A stretch of 64,000 nucleotides of DNA from a virus: the UHGV virus genome UHGV-2031204; one strand, 5' to 3'. Both the position numbers and the translations under genes were made by a program. Of this stretch, positions 38,926 through 48,965 are shown one piece after another. Position 1 is the stretch's first letter. The number at the start of each line of letters is the position of its first letter. The notes under the pieces were generated by a model, which was not told where the DNA came from, ran no database searches, and saw nothing but the letters and a program-made list of their open reading frames with translations.

Positions 38926-40592
38926 GTATGGAGATGACAGCAAACATTGCGCAACCGCAGTGGAAACTCGATGAACTTCCTGCACTGTTAGAACAGCGTA
39001 TGGAAGAACGCATCGATTCTGTTAGCCAACTCAATCTCTACATGCAACGTAATGAAGCAGACCTGATTTACGGTTCTCGCCTTATCGCGCAAATTGAAGC
39101 GATCTTACGGGAAATACGTAATGCAGGGTTGAACCGTGATGTTGCTGTGGCGACTGAATCGTTGCGTCCTGGCACAATCCCGAAGGCGGTACAAAGTGTT
39201 CTGACGTCGAATTATTCCAAAACACACCAGAAAGAAACGGTGGTGGCATTAGAGTCTTACGCTAATTTTGGTAAGATTAGCCTTATCGTGATGGTGATGA
39301 TGGGGATAATGAAAATCCTCAGTTGGATTATCAGCAACGCCGTTCCTTTTGCAGGTGCTGCGAATATTGACGGGAACGACTATCGTGAGAAACTGGAAGA
39401 GAAGTTGGCCGATGTTCCTTTCACAGAGCGCCTGAAAACAACCGTACTGAAAGAAGTTTATCTGGTACTGTCAAAAGGTTTGAAAGACAGCGAGTTAAGC
39501 AACCTGGAGTTATCTCTTTCGCTGGCCGACGACGTTTTCGTGAACATGGAAGCTGAAGAGTTTCTAAATAAACTCGCCGCTGCGTTAGGTAAATCACCGT
39601 TTATCGATACGTTTAAGAACCATCTTAAACGTCGGCAGAATGAGTTGCAGGTTATTCAGGATCTGCTCGATACGCTGCTTCGGACGAATATCGGTTACGG
39701 TGTATTTGACTTCGGGGTTGCTGAGGAAGTCTATAACGGTTTGCCGCCTGATGTGAAACGTGCTGGAGTGAACATTCCGTCAGATATTCAGTTCAACTTA
39801 ATGAGCACGCTTCTTGACAGTTTTGCCGGTGCGCTTCAGGACTTAGACCAGTCGCTGAAAGACATCAAAACGTATTACCTGTCGAATAATCCGAAGGTAG
39901 GCACATCGCAAGAGAACCAAGTCGCCGCTGTGCATCTGGTTCGTGCGTTAGGCGAGATCAATGGCCGAATTGAATATACTGCCACGGAATTTGGACGACA
40001 GAAAGGTAGCCCGGGTCCAATTTTGCGTGTAAAAGACAAGGTTGAGCTTCTCGGCTATACCACACGTGAATTAGACAACGGTTGGATGATTGCGTCGATC
40101 GGTGCTAACTCTTTCTTTGGCTCCACAACAAATCTGGAGATGATGCGCCAGGAGTTGAGCTTAAGTAACGGGGATTACCGTGAGCTGTTGGCATGTCTGA
40201 TTACACTGGCACGTAGTGGTATCTCGGATGGTGTGGCGAACACCGCACTAGACAAGTATAAGGTGTTGGAGAAACGTGTCGATCAGGTTGTAAAAACCTT
40301 GAAAGATATGGCGCGCCAATCACGTTCTGGCGTCGACAGTCAGAAATGGCAGGCGATGGAACAGGCGTTTAAAGACCAGGTGACGCGAGGGGAGAACTTT
40401 AACCTTCATGGTCGTGAGCTGACCACGATGATGGTGTTAAACCCTGACCGTAATGTCTGGGATTCTGTTGCGCACAGTGCAAACATGATTAACATGTGGT
40501 GCAAGGCCGCAGGGTCTATGGCAACGGTGTTGAAGCGTGCCAAGTCCAACCCACTTGTGAAAGGCGGGAAGTTCAATAAATTGATTGATTAA
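38922..40592 (+). CDS. hypothetical protein with one hydrophobic helix (about 556 aa)
   Basis: Track ORF trimmed to the ATG at 38922 (ATGA overlap with the upstream stop); segment ISLIVMVMMGIMKILSWIISNAVPF. Confidence 0.55.
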   Translation: MSMEMTANIAQPQWKLDELPALLEQRMEERIDSVSQLNLYMQRNEADLIYGSRLIAQIEAILREIRNAGLNRDVAVATESLRPGTIPKAVQSVLTSNYSKTHQKETVVALESYANFGKISLIVMVMMGIMKILSWIISNAVPFAGAANIDGNDYREKLEEKLADVPFTERLKTTVLKEVYLVLSKGLKDSELSNLELSLSLADDVFVNMEAEEFLNKLAAALGKSPFIDTFKNHLKRRQNELQVIQDLLDTLLRTNIGYGVFDFGVAEEVYNGLPPDVKRAGVNIPSDIQFNLMSTLLDSFAGALQDLDQSLKDIKTYYLSNNPKVGTSQENQVAAVHLVRALGEINGRIEYTATEFGRQKGSPGPILRVKDKVELLGYTTRELDNGWMIASIGANSFFGSTTNLEMMRQELSLSNGDYRELLACLITLARSGISDGVANTALDKYKVLEKRVDQVVKTLKDMARQSRSGVDSQKWQAMEQAFKDQVTRGENFNLHGRELTTMMVLNPDRNVWDSVAHSANMINMWCKAAGSMATVLKRAKSNPLVKGGKFNKLID

Positions 40593-40598
40593 AAAAGA

Positions 40599-40642
40599 TT
40601 ACCCTACTCCCGGAGGAGTAGGGTAACTTTTATTATTTTTTC
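40599..40642. terminator. bidirectional terminator hairpin, near-identical to 35241..35281
   Basis: Stem TTACCCTACTCC / GGAGTAGGGTAA with loop cgga, then a T-run; between convergent genes. Confidence 0.65.
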
Positions 40643-43597
40643 TTAATCGGCGGTAGTATCGTGACGGTTATAGACAATAACGATATCGTCTTTAAGTCCG
40701 ATGTCACCGCTGGCCTCAATGTCCAGCTTTTTACCTATAGTTGCTCTTGATGCTTCCGAAACAACGGTAAAGAGACGCATGTCTTTATCTGGTCCCATAG
40801 CATCGAGTTCAACACCGATAATAGACGCATCGAGGGTTTCACTCAACGCATTACCGATTTCTGTTGCAGAGATTGTTAGATGACTACCCAAGTAATCATT
40901 GATAACCTGAGACGTTTTCTTACGAATCTGCGTTAAGAGCTCGGTGTTATTACGGTTAGCAGCTGTTAGGTAATAACGCACGGTGAACTGGTTTTCCGCA
41001 GGGACAGGCGTCACTACCCCGTCCTCGGTACGGGCGTCGATATACCCCATTGTTGTAATCGGCACAAAGTAACCTTCGGTACGTTCTAACAACATAGGCT
41101 TCAAAGTTGGCAATATTACCGTAACGTAGTTAACGATGTTTTCGATAACTTCATTCAGATACGATTTTGCAGAAGGTGTCGTCGCGAATTTATATCGCGC
41201 ATCGAATACCGCCATCTCACTACGGAATTTGATAGAACGCGATTTCGCAATCTTCGGATTGCCGAATTCGTCTTTAACTAAGTCTCCTTCACGATGTAGG
41301 ACGATCTGTTGTCCAGCCTCGTCGAGTTTTGGATCACCTTTACGATGCTCGTACGTAATCTGAAGTGGTGGCGTGCGACCTGCGTCGTAGGTGTAGATTG
41401 GTACACCGTTCTCATCGCGTTTAACCACATCGATTTCCCACGTTGCCATCACGTCTTTTTCGTAATACTGGTAGTTAATGCTGTCAGTAACAGCACGCGC
41501 TTTACGCCAGTAGTACGTCATTGCTTTACCCAATTCGATTTTGAAAATCTCGTGAGTAATACCAATCGCATCGCGTGACGGGGCAGTGATTAACGCATCC
41601 ATTTCCGCACGTTCGTAATTACCAGGATAATAACCGGTGCAGCCGTAGAACAGGTTGAAGTCCGTCATCAACGGTACAGGCGTTTCCGTGGGTGTGCTAC
41701 TACTAATGCGTGTATTCGTTAGCATTAATTCGTCGTTACGGTCAACGTCTAGGTTGGTTTCCAGCAGGAATTCCCATACGCGCTCACTACCCTGTTTACC
41801 GACTAACGTACCGTTGATATACGCTAAAGTGTTGTCTGCGTTACGTGGACGGAACGATAGCTGTGCAAAAACTTGATCGTCAGTCAGTGCTTGATAAGGT
41901 GCCTCTGACTTCGTTACGGTACGCAATACATAACCGGCCTCGGTCTTTTCGATAGTGTAGTCGGCTGTTACCACACTGAGTTCCGTGCTTACGTTAGTGG
42001 CAATAAAGCGTTTGGAGTTTAACGTCGGTTTATCTAATTGATAAATACGAACGTCAATGGCTTTATTGTTGATATCCACAACGTAATGGAATGGTGTAAA
42101 GAGATAACGATTAGCGTTGGCCGCGTTAATCAAATCTTCTTTACGCATGGTTTTTGCCAAGACCGTCATCTCCGCATCAACCGTCAGGCTGGTGTCGGTG
42201 AACCGATAAAGTGTGTCAGGAAGAATCGTCAGGCGATTACCGTTAACCTTTACCGTCGGTAGATTAACCAATTCATTCCAGGAGAAATAGAACGGTGCCG
42301 TGATCGTCCCGATGGGAGAACTGACATTGGGAATTGTCGATTCGAGCATCGGTGCCGTTAAGAAGTATGTACGGCTAGTAACATAGTCGTTTGGCTTCGA
42401 CAACGTTAGACCGTAATCAGAAACCGTTGCTTCTAATTGTTTCTCCGTTACAGGGAGTTTTCGTGCACCTACAGCGTTATTGACTACACGTGTACGCAAA
42501 TCTTCGAACGTGAGCTGGCTACGACCACCTGACAACATTTTACCTGCTTTTGCAGCCATCTGTTTGATGGAAAAACTCTTAATCGGGTTAACGTAGTTTT
42601 CGTCGTATTCACCGTTTAAATCACGCAATGTAAACGTGTATTCGTCAGACGGATAAGCCGAGATATCGACACTTAAAGGTCCTAAGGTCGTGTAGATATC
42701 CATACGAATTTCACCACTGACCAAATTCTTCGCCATGTAGATCGAGGGGATAGTACACCGTATAACACCGTCACCGACCTGGATTAACGCGGTTGGGGTG
42801 TTGGGGTCGTAAACGTCACGACTGTGCGTATGCTGAATTTCAACCCACTTGTTATCGTTGGTTGATTTCATCCACACCCTTACGTAGAAAAATTTGTTAG
42901 TGTAATGGCGGGTCATGACAAAGGTATTTTTCCCTGCAACGGTGTCACTTTCGTTCTTCACCGCATACTGCATGACCGGGATATGGATTGCCAGTAGTTG
43001 CGAGGCCGTGGTGTTAGACGACGTCAACTCCCAATCCAGCGCATTCGTCGACACAGGAGAAATCGGTGACTGTGTTTCGGTAATCCAAAGAACTTGAAAC
43101 GCTGGGTTTTCATTGGTACCGTAAGGAAGTACCCTGATTTCAATCGGGTACTGGATGGCAAAGGTGTAACCTGACACCGTGAAAACTGTGTCACGTGGGA
43201 TAACAACCTTACGCACACCCGCAATCTGTAAAGGGTACGCCTTGGAGATTAAACTATCAACATCGATTAATAACAACAACTCGGTGGTTGAAGGTTGGGC
43301 GAACACATCAACGTAGTCCACATCGGACATATGTCGGAACAGGTCATCGTACGTTTGCGCCATCGATGGAAATGTCTTTGGCACTGATTCTTGCAACCCC
43401 ATAAGCGTTGCATGGCCCAACATTGTCCCCATTTCCGCCAAATAAACAACAGGGTCTGTTGGGTCACGTAACACTATTTGGCCTTCGGCGTCTTCTACAT
43501 CCAGAAGCTGATTCAAGAGCAGTGTTTGCATCGCTGCCGGATGGTGGGCAAACAACAATATGTTCTTTGCCAAAGTATCGTAAGTCGTAGAACTCAT
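40643..43597 (-). CDS. large hypothetical protein (984 aa), possibly structural
   Basis: Long minus-strand ORF; 1-nt stop/start overlap with the upstream minus gene. No motif recognised. Confidence 0.6.
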   Translation of the reverse strand: MSSTTYDTLAKNILLFAHHPAAMQTLLLNQLLDVEDAEGQIVLRDPTDPVVYLAEMGTMLGHATLMGLQESVPKTFPSMAQTYDDLFRHMSDVDYVDVFAQPSTTELLLLIDVDSLISKAYPLQIAGVRKVVIPRDTVFTVSGYTFAIQYPIEIRVLPYGTNENPAFQVLWITETQSPISPVSTNALDWELTSSNTTASQLLAIHIPVMQYAVKNESDTVAGKNTFVMTRHYTNKFFYVRVWMKSTNDNKWVEIQHTHSRDVYDPNTPTALIQVGDGVIRCTIPSIYMAKNLVSGEIRMDIYTTLGPLSVDISAYPSDEYTFTLRDLNGEYDENYVNPIKSFSIKQMAAKAGKMLSGGRSQLTFEDLRTRVVNNAVGARKLPVTEKQLEATVSDYGLTLSKPNDYVTSRTYFLTAPMLESTIPNVSSPIGTITAPFYFSWNELVNLPTVKVNGNRLTILPDTLYRFTDTSLTVDAEMTVLAKTMRKEDLINAANANRYLFTPFHYVVDINNKAIDVRIYQLDKPTLNSKRFIATNVSTELSVVTADYTIEKTEAGYVLRTVTKSEAPYQALTDDQVFAQLSFRPRNADNTLAYINGTLVGKQGSERVWEFLLETNLDVDRNDELMLTNTRISSSTPTETPVPLMTDFNLFYGCTGYYPGNYERAEMDALITAPSRDAIGITHEIFKIELGKAMTYYWRKARAVTDSINYQYYEKDVMATWEIDVVKRDENGVPIYTYDAGRTPPLQITYEHRKGDPKLDEAGQQIVLHREGDLVKDEFGNPKIAKSRSIKFRSEMAVFDARYKFATTPSAKSYLNEVIENIVNYVTVILPTLKPMLLERTEGYFVPITTMGYIDARTEDGVVTPVPAENQFTVRYYLTAANRNNTELLTQIRKKTSQVINDYLGSHLTISATEIGNALSETLDASIIGVELDAMGPDKDMRLFTVVSEASRATIGKKLDIEASGDIGLKDDIVIVYNRHDTTAD

Positions 43598-44895
43598 CAG
43601 TTATTACCTGTCGGTAGTGAAGCGGCATTAGCGTTATCCAGTAATCCCGCTTTCTTGAGAATATGTTGGTAGTCTGCCTGGTAAACATACCAGGTAAGTT
43701 TGCGTCGTACGGAATCGATGTGTGGATAACCGTAATAGTTAAACAACGGTAGCAATTGTGGCGCGATGGGTACTAATTGGTCACTAGCAATCGGGATGAA
43801 GTTGCCCGATTGAATAGAGCCTGGTTGCGGGAGCATATCGGGATTAAAAATGGAAACGGTGCGGTTAAACATTTCCATGTATAATGGATCGTTAAACCGC
43901 GCACCGATAGCTTGCCAGTTAATAGTAATCGTAACATCGTCGTTTAACTGCGGTTTGGAGTTATCAACGTTCGCCATTTGTCCCGCGTTATCGTTCATCG
44001 GCCATGCGACACAAATCGTCCAGAAACGGGTGATGTTCCCTAAGGCATCGTAACGCATCCCGTAGATTCGCGATTGATAATCGATTCTGCGTTGAATGGA
44101 GTTACGCATTTTCGGACGGAACTTACCCATCTTCACACCAGACATATACTCCAGCCACACCCCCATCATTTTCATTAATGGGTCGCCATAGGGGTTGTTT
44201 AATGACATGCTGATGGAAAAGCTGTTGTTAACTTCATGGGTAGAGTCAACCATCCCCCACTGTTCACGCATTAAACCTTCACTTGCCATCCAGTTATCAA
44301 TAGATTGATCGGGTGCACCACTAAGGCTAATCAGCTGCGTACTGAGTATTGGTATGAACGCTTGTAGATTATCGAATTTTACTTGAGGCATAAACGGCGT
44401 ACCTAAGCGATTCTTCCGCCTACCGTTTTCCATAGGTGCGTCTGTAAACCCGAGTTCAAAATCAGGGTCAAGCGCAGCTAAAATCGAATAATCTATAGAG
44501 TCCTTTGGCTGCATTGCCATGTTCGACATTTTACGAGACTTAGCAATGTTGTCGTAACACAGGTTAAAATCGGGCCGGGTAATAAAAGTTAGTCCACCGT
44601 ATTCTCGGTTGATTGGCGTGGGGTTAGACGCCATCATATGGTTGAACCCCATGTAGGGGTTGGTCAAACGCTGCGCAGCAAGACCCAAACCTACAGTAAG
44701 ACGGATACGATCGTTCCATGCCGTAAGTTCAGTATTAGCGTCGTAAGGTGTCGGGGGGTTAGCATTACTAATCCGTCCGTCGAAATACCCTGCGACCGAA
44801 GGCACTGCGTCCGCATTATTCGGATTGTGGAGAGAATCGTCGTAATCAGTATTCGGGTCATACCCCGGATCGTTCTTATCTGTCTCGTCACTCAT
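43597..44895 (-). CDS. hypothetical protein (432 aa)
   Basis: Minus-strand ORF with GGAG 6 nt upstream of its ATG; acidic N-terminus. Confidence 0.6.
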   Translation of the reverse strand: MSDETDKNDPGYDPNTDYDDSLHNPNNADAVPSVAGYFDGRISNANPPTPYDANTELTAWNDRIRLTVGLGLAAQRLTNPYMGFNHMMASNPTPINREYGGLTFITRPDFNLCYDNIAKSRKMSNMAMQPKDSIDYSILAALDPDFELGFTDAPMENGRRKNRLGTPFMPQVKFDNLQAFIPILSTQLISLSGAPDQSIDNWMASEGLMREQWGMVDSTHEVNNSFSISMSLNNPYGDPLMKMMGVWLEYMSGVKMGKFRPKMRNSIQRRIDYQSRIYGMRYDALGNITRFWTICVAWPMNDNAGQMANVDNSKPQLNDDVTITINWQAIGARFNDPLYMEMFNRTVSIFNPDMLPQPGSIQSGNFIPIASDQLVPIAPQLLPLFNYYGYPHIDSVRRKLTWYVYQADYQHILKKAGLLDNANAASLPTGNN

Positions 44896-44921
44896 CTTTA
44901 ACTCCGGAGTTCATTAGGAAA

Positions 44922-46028
44922 ATGTTAGAAAAAACGTTTGAGACAAGCGTTGTCTCTTTCCTCTCCAGACTTCCCATGCTGTTTCGTTCGCGTGCGGAGT
45001 CGATGGAGGAATTTAACTCAGTGCTCTATAACGAGCACATTACCTTAGTCGAACAAAGCCTGCTGGGTTTAGATTACCTTCCGGGAATTCTGGAGAAAAT
45101 CCAAATTTTGCTGGCAGGAAACCAATTAACGGCTATCTCACTGTTAACCGGTGTACCGGATGTTGACATTATCGGTACCCTGGATCAGGTCAGCACACGT
45201 CGTAGTGCGCTTGATAACGCAGTCCGCACCGGTTCCCGCTTAGCAGCGCTTGCAGTCGGCGAATCTGCCCGTTATGGTTTACCATCATACGATAAAATCG
45301 GCATTGCAGTCGGCGAATCTGCCCGACGGGTCGCCCAGGAATCAAAAGGTTCGGTCAGTGGCGGGAAAGGTGATCCGATTAAACAGCTTTTCGATCAAGA
45401 AGGGTTGTCCAACGGGAAAATGTTCTCAGTAACATTCGAACGTGACGGTAATAAAGTCGAACTCCCAATGCGTTTACGTTTGGATGTGAAATCCTTACCG
45501 ACCGAACAAATTGAAACACTGATTGCGTTCAGTGACCAGACGAAAACATTCTGGGAACGTTGGCTGCGTGCACGCGTTGGCGCGTTGAGTTACGTAAAAG
45601 ACATTGCGTTCTGTAACGACCTGGTAGAAGAATATCGTAAGAACCGTTATCGCGATAAGTCCGGTTATTACCGTAAGATGATGGAGAAGAAGAACGGTAA
45701 CTGGTTGTCTGGCCTGCTGTCTTTGGCACCGTCTATCAATAACGCCTCTTCCGTTATGGTGGTTTCTCAAGACACCATTGACGGCTTGACCGCACAACTA
45801 GGTGGTGAATTTGACGATTTCAATATCCGTCAGCGTGTGTTCAAAGACACCTTGACTGTCTACTATGTTGTTGTGGACACCACCTGGAATCGTGTCACTA
45901 TTTATACCCGTGGTCAGAACGGCTCTCAGGAACTCGATAAATCTGACTTTAGTAAATCGAAGTCTGGTAGCGCCGATGTAAATAAAATCATCGAAGCGTA
46001 TCGCTCTGGCGCTCAGCCAGTTCTTTAA
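44922..46028 (+). CDS. hypothetical protein (368 aa), start uncertain
   Basis: + ORF starting 26 nt from the divergent minus gene; poor RBS spacing at 44922. Confidence 0.45.
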   Translation: MLEKTFETSVVSFLSRLPMLFRSRAESMEEFNSVLYNEHITLVEQSLLGLDYLPGILEKIQILLAGNQLTAISLLTGVPDVDIIGTLDQVSTRRSALDNAVRTGSRLAALAVGESARYGLPSYDKIGIAVGESARRVAQESKGSVSGGKGDPIKQLFDQEGLSNGKMFSVTFERDGNKVELPMRLRLDVKSLPTEQIETLIAFSDQTKTFWERWLRARVGALSYVKDIAFCNDLVEEYRKNRYRDKSGYYRKMMEKKNGNWLSGLLSLAPSINNASSVMVVSQDTIDGLTAQLGGEFDDFNIRQRVFKDTLTVYYVVVDTTWNRVTIYTRGQNGSQELDKSDFSKSKSGSADVNKIIEAYRSGAQPVL

Positions 46029-46038
46029 GGGGTAAGGC

Positions 46039-46974
46039 ATGGCAATCCCGAATATGCTCGCTATGTTGTTGCCGAGCTTTGAAGCAACAAACTTGAAAAA
46101 CCAACTCTCATCAAACTGCGATGCGATTGGTGAACAACTTTTACCGCGTTTCCAGTCTCTGCAAGAGCTGGTAGCGTCGAAAGAAGGCAAGCCGTTTAAA
46201 TCGAAAACGGTGCAGGACATGTCGGATGATTTGGTTAAATACCTGCGGAATTCCGGTCTGGAAGCCAAAGGTCTCCGTAATCCTTCGATGCTGGAATACA
46301 TCGTTGCCTCGATGGAAAACACGCTACAATTGCGTTCTTTCTTAGACCAATGTATTACGCGTGACATTGGTAAAGCGTTAGTCACGTCTTCAATGACGTT
46401 TAATAAATTAACGGTGCTCAGACTGCTTGACCTGATTGACTTCTTTACAGGTTACAGTGCCACCTTACTTAACTACGTAACCGCAGAAGAAATAGCCGCC
46501 GTAGAAGGCTCGAATATTGAAGTAAAAGGCGTCGGTCCGAATGACCTTCAATACCTCAATACTCGTTCTATTTCTTACTGCATTGCTGTCCGTGTGCTGG
46601 CAACGCCGCTGAATAAACTGAAAGCGGATTATGCGGAAATTCCTGAAGCGATCTTTAACGACGAAACTTACGGTGAGTTGGCGCAACAGTTCGGTTCGAG
46701 CTCCGTTGACCCACTGGGAATGAGCAGTGTACCGTTCCCAATCTCACTGATATTGCGCGTACGTTTGAATATCGCTGAACGGCAGATGGATAAGTACGAC
46801 GAGTGTGTAGAAGCGGCGAAAGCGGCGGAACTGCGTATCTTACTTTACAAAAAGCAAGTCGCAGAAGGTAAGGGTGATGCCCACATTGAGAAACTGATTG
46901 AAATCAGTGAAAAGCATCTGATGGAACTCAAGCACAAGCGTGAGCGTCTTGAAAAGAAATACGGTTTAGCGTAA
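46039..46974 (+). CDS. hypothetical protein (311 aa)
   Basis: ATG ORF with AAGG upstream. Confidence 0.55.
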   Translation: MAIPNMLAMLLPSFEATNLKNQLSSNCDAIGEQLLPRFQSLQELVASKEGKPFKSKTVQDMSDDLVKYLRNSGLEAKGLRNPSMLEYIVASMENTLQLRSFLDQCITRDIGKALVTSSMTFNKLTVLRLLDLIDFFTGYSATLLNYVTAEEIAAVEGSNIEVKGVGPNDLQYLNTRSISYCIAVRVLATPLNKLKADYAEIPEAIFNDETYGELAQQFGSSSVDPLGMSSVPFPISLILRVRLNIAERQMDKYDECVEAAKAAELRILLYKKQVAEGKGDAHIEKLIEISEKHLMELKHKRERLEKKYGLA

Positions 46975-46991
46975 ACCGTTAGGAGAGGCGA

Positions 46992-47552
46992 ATGTTTGAG
47001 CACGATAGTCCTGAATTTAATGTTGCTGTAGAGCGCATTAAATCCTACATGTCGATTTTATCGAAAAACCCAATCGACACACACGATGACGAGGTTATTC
47101 ACAAAACACTGGAAGCCGCCGCCGTTATTTTACCGTACTTTCGTCTGATGGCTGCGGATTCTTTGCAGCAAGTATTATATGACGAATATCCGCAGGTCGG
47201 ATTTACCTTTAATACGTTTTATAACGAAAGTGTAGATTTCTTGCTGGATGGTAAGCGACGTAATGTGACGTTAGGGCAGTGGTCGACTTTGCTGTCGTCG
47301 TATATGAACGATGTTCGTAACACGAAGAATGTTGAACAGACGGGTGCATTAGGCTCGCGTCTATTAGCTGCTGCGTTTGGTCGCCGAGGTACTGTACGTA
47401 ATATGGGCTCTGCTCACCAATCCGTTGAGTGTAGCAAACGTCTTTTATCTTATGCAGACCATGAACTGCTGGCACGCTGGATGACGCGCCCGAACGGGTT
47501 GTCCGACATGATCTCGTCGTTAGCAGTGTTTTTGAAAATCGCACGTCCCTAA
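46992..47552 (+). CDS. hypothetical protein (186 aa)
   Basis: ATG ORF with AGGAGAGG upstream. Confidence 0.55.
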   Translation: MFEHDSPEFNVAVERIKSYMSILSKNPIDTHDDEVIHKTLEAAAVILPYFRLMAADSLQQVLYDEYPQVGFTFNTFYNESVDFLLDGKRRNVTLGQWSTLLSSYMNDVRNTKNVEQTGALGSRLLAAAFGRRGTVRNMGSAHQSVECSKRLLSYADHELLARWMTRPNGLSDMISSLAVFLKIARP

Positions 47553-47611
47553 GGGGGCCCCTCATTCTAGGGGCGTGTAATTGGGTTATATAACCAAAGG
47601 AAATAAACGAA

Positions 47612-48883
47612 ATGGCAAATTTCGCAAAAACTCGCGCCGCTCGTGAATCGATGGAAGCGGCCGATGAAGTAATCGACGGTATCAGCAACGTTGAACCGGC
47701 AGAAGAGAACCTGGACGTCCAACTTGCGGACGTAGCATCTATCGACGGTCAGCTCGATCAGCTGGAAACCGACGGTGAAACCCTGGCTGCCGATACCGAG
47801 CGTACTGAAGACGCTATCGAACAGGCGGAAGAAGCCGTTGCTAACGGTGAAGAAATGCCGGAAGAAGCGGTTGCCCTGCACGAAGTGGCACAGGAATCCA
47901 TCGCACGTCGTTGGTGCCTGGAACGTACTAAACTGGCACGCGAATCCTATCGCCGTGGTCGTGGTATGACTGCTGCTGCCCAGGAAGGTTGGAAAGAAAC
48001 CCTGAAAGATCTTTACGATCGTTTCATTCAGTTCTGTAAAGAAGTGATTGCGAAGATCAAAGACCTGAAACTGAAATATTTCAACGTCGGTAAGACCGCA
48101 CAGAAACGTGCGAAGAAATATCAGGAAATGCTGCGTAAGCTGGGCAAACAGAAGAAAGATGAGATCTCTGGTGGCTTTATCACCAAGCTGTCTATCGAAG
48201 GTAAATTCGATGCCGCTGGCTCTATCGCTATTGCGAAAGAAGTTACCGCAGGTAAAGCTAAAGGTTCCATCGCTGTTCTGGAAAAACAAGCTGGTGAAGC
48301 TGTGACTGCCGTTACCAAAGGTGACGATGACGCATTCAAAGCAATGCGTGGCGATCAGCCGGTAGAACTGTTTGGTAAAGCTGCTTCTAAACTGCACACT
48401 CTGCCGAACTTTGAAAAAGGTGATGCGTCTAAACTCCTGGCTCTGCCGGGCAACGCTTACGTTCAGGCTGGTACTAAAGAACTGGCTGGCGGCCACAAGT
48501 TCACCGCAATTGCTTTCATGAGCACCGGTGACGCTTCTGACGATAAAGACGTGAAAACTCCGTCTGTTTCTGAAATGGCTGGTGCTGCTTCTGCTCTGGA
48601 AGCGATCGGTAAAGGTTTCGAAGCCGTACTGAAAGATTTCCGTGCTTACGATTCTGAAATCGTGAAGCTGCAACAGGCTGCTGAGAATGCTGCTAAGGCG
48701 CTGAACAACGAAAAAGACGATAGCAAGTGGGATGGCCTGCGTAACGCACGTCAAGCTGCCGATTGGTCTGTTAAGAACTACCAGACCCTGAACCGCGCAG
48801 TTAGCTATGTTGCTAACACCGTTATTAGCGGTCTGAATGGCTACCTGGGTGCTGGTATCGGTGCTTACGAAAAATCTAAATAA
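47612..48883 (+). CDS. highly expressed protein, tandem paralog A (possible head internal protein)
   Basis: 423 aa; strongly codon-optimised; starts MANFAKTRAARESME, acidic N-terminal region, ends GYLGAGIGAYEKSK; paralogous to 48966..50231. Confidence 0.8.
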   Translation: MANFAKTRAARESMEAADEVIDGISNVEPAEENLDVQLADVASIDGQLDQLETDGETLAADTERTEDAIEQAEEAVANGEEMPEEAVALHEVAQESIARRWCLERTKLARESYRRGRGMTAAAQEGWKETLKDLYDRFIQFCKEVIAKIKDLKLKYFNVGKTAQKRAKKYQEMLRKLGKQKKDEISGGFITKLSIEGKFDAAGSIAIAKEVTAGKAKGSIAVLEKQAGEAVTAVTKGDDDAFKAMRGDQPVELFGKAASKLHTLPNFEKGDASKLLALPGNAYVQAGTKELAGGHKFTAIAFMSTGDASDDKDVKTPSVSEMAGAASALEAIGKGFEAVLKDFRAYDSEIVKLQQAAENAAKALNNEKDDSKWDGLRNARQAADWSVKNYQTLNRAVSYVANTVISGLNGYLGAGIGAYEKSK

Positions 48884-48965
48884 TCATTTAGATTCGTAGT
48901 TCCGTACAGTTCTTGAAATAAATCATCAGGGGAACAATACGTTCCCCTTAGAGGAAAAGCTTAAA

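Noticed and set aside
47553-47611. GGGGCCCC-containing palindromes upstream of paralog A, as a possible terminator or operator
   Set aside because: Short stem with no following T-run; cannot distinguish a regulatory site from chance.
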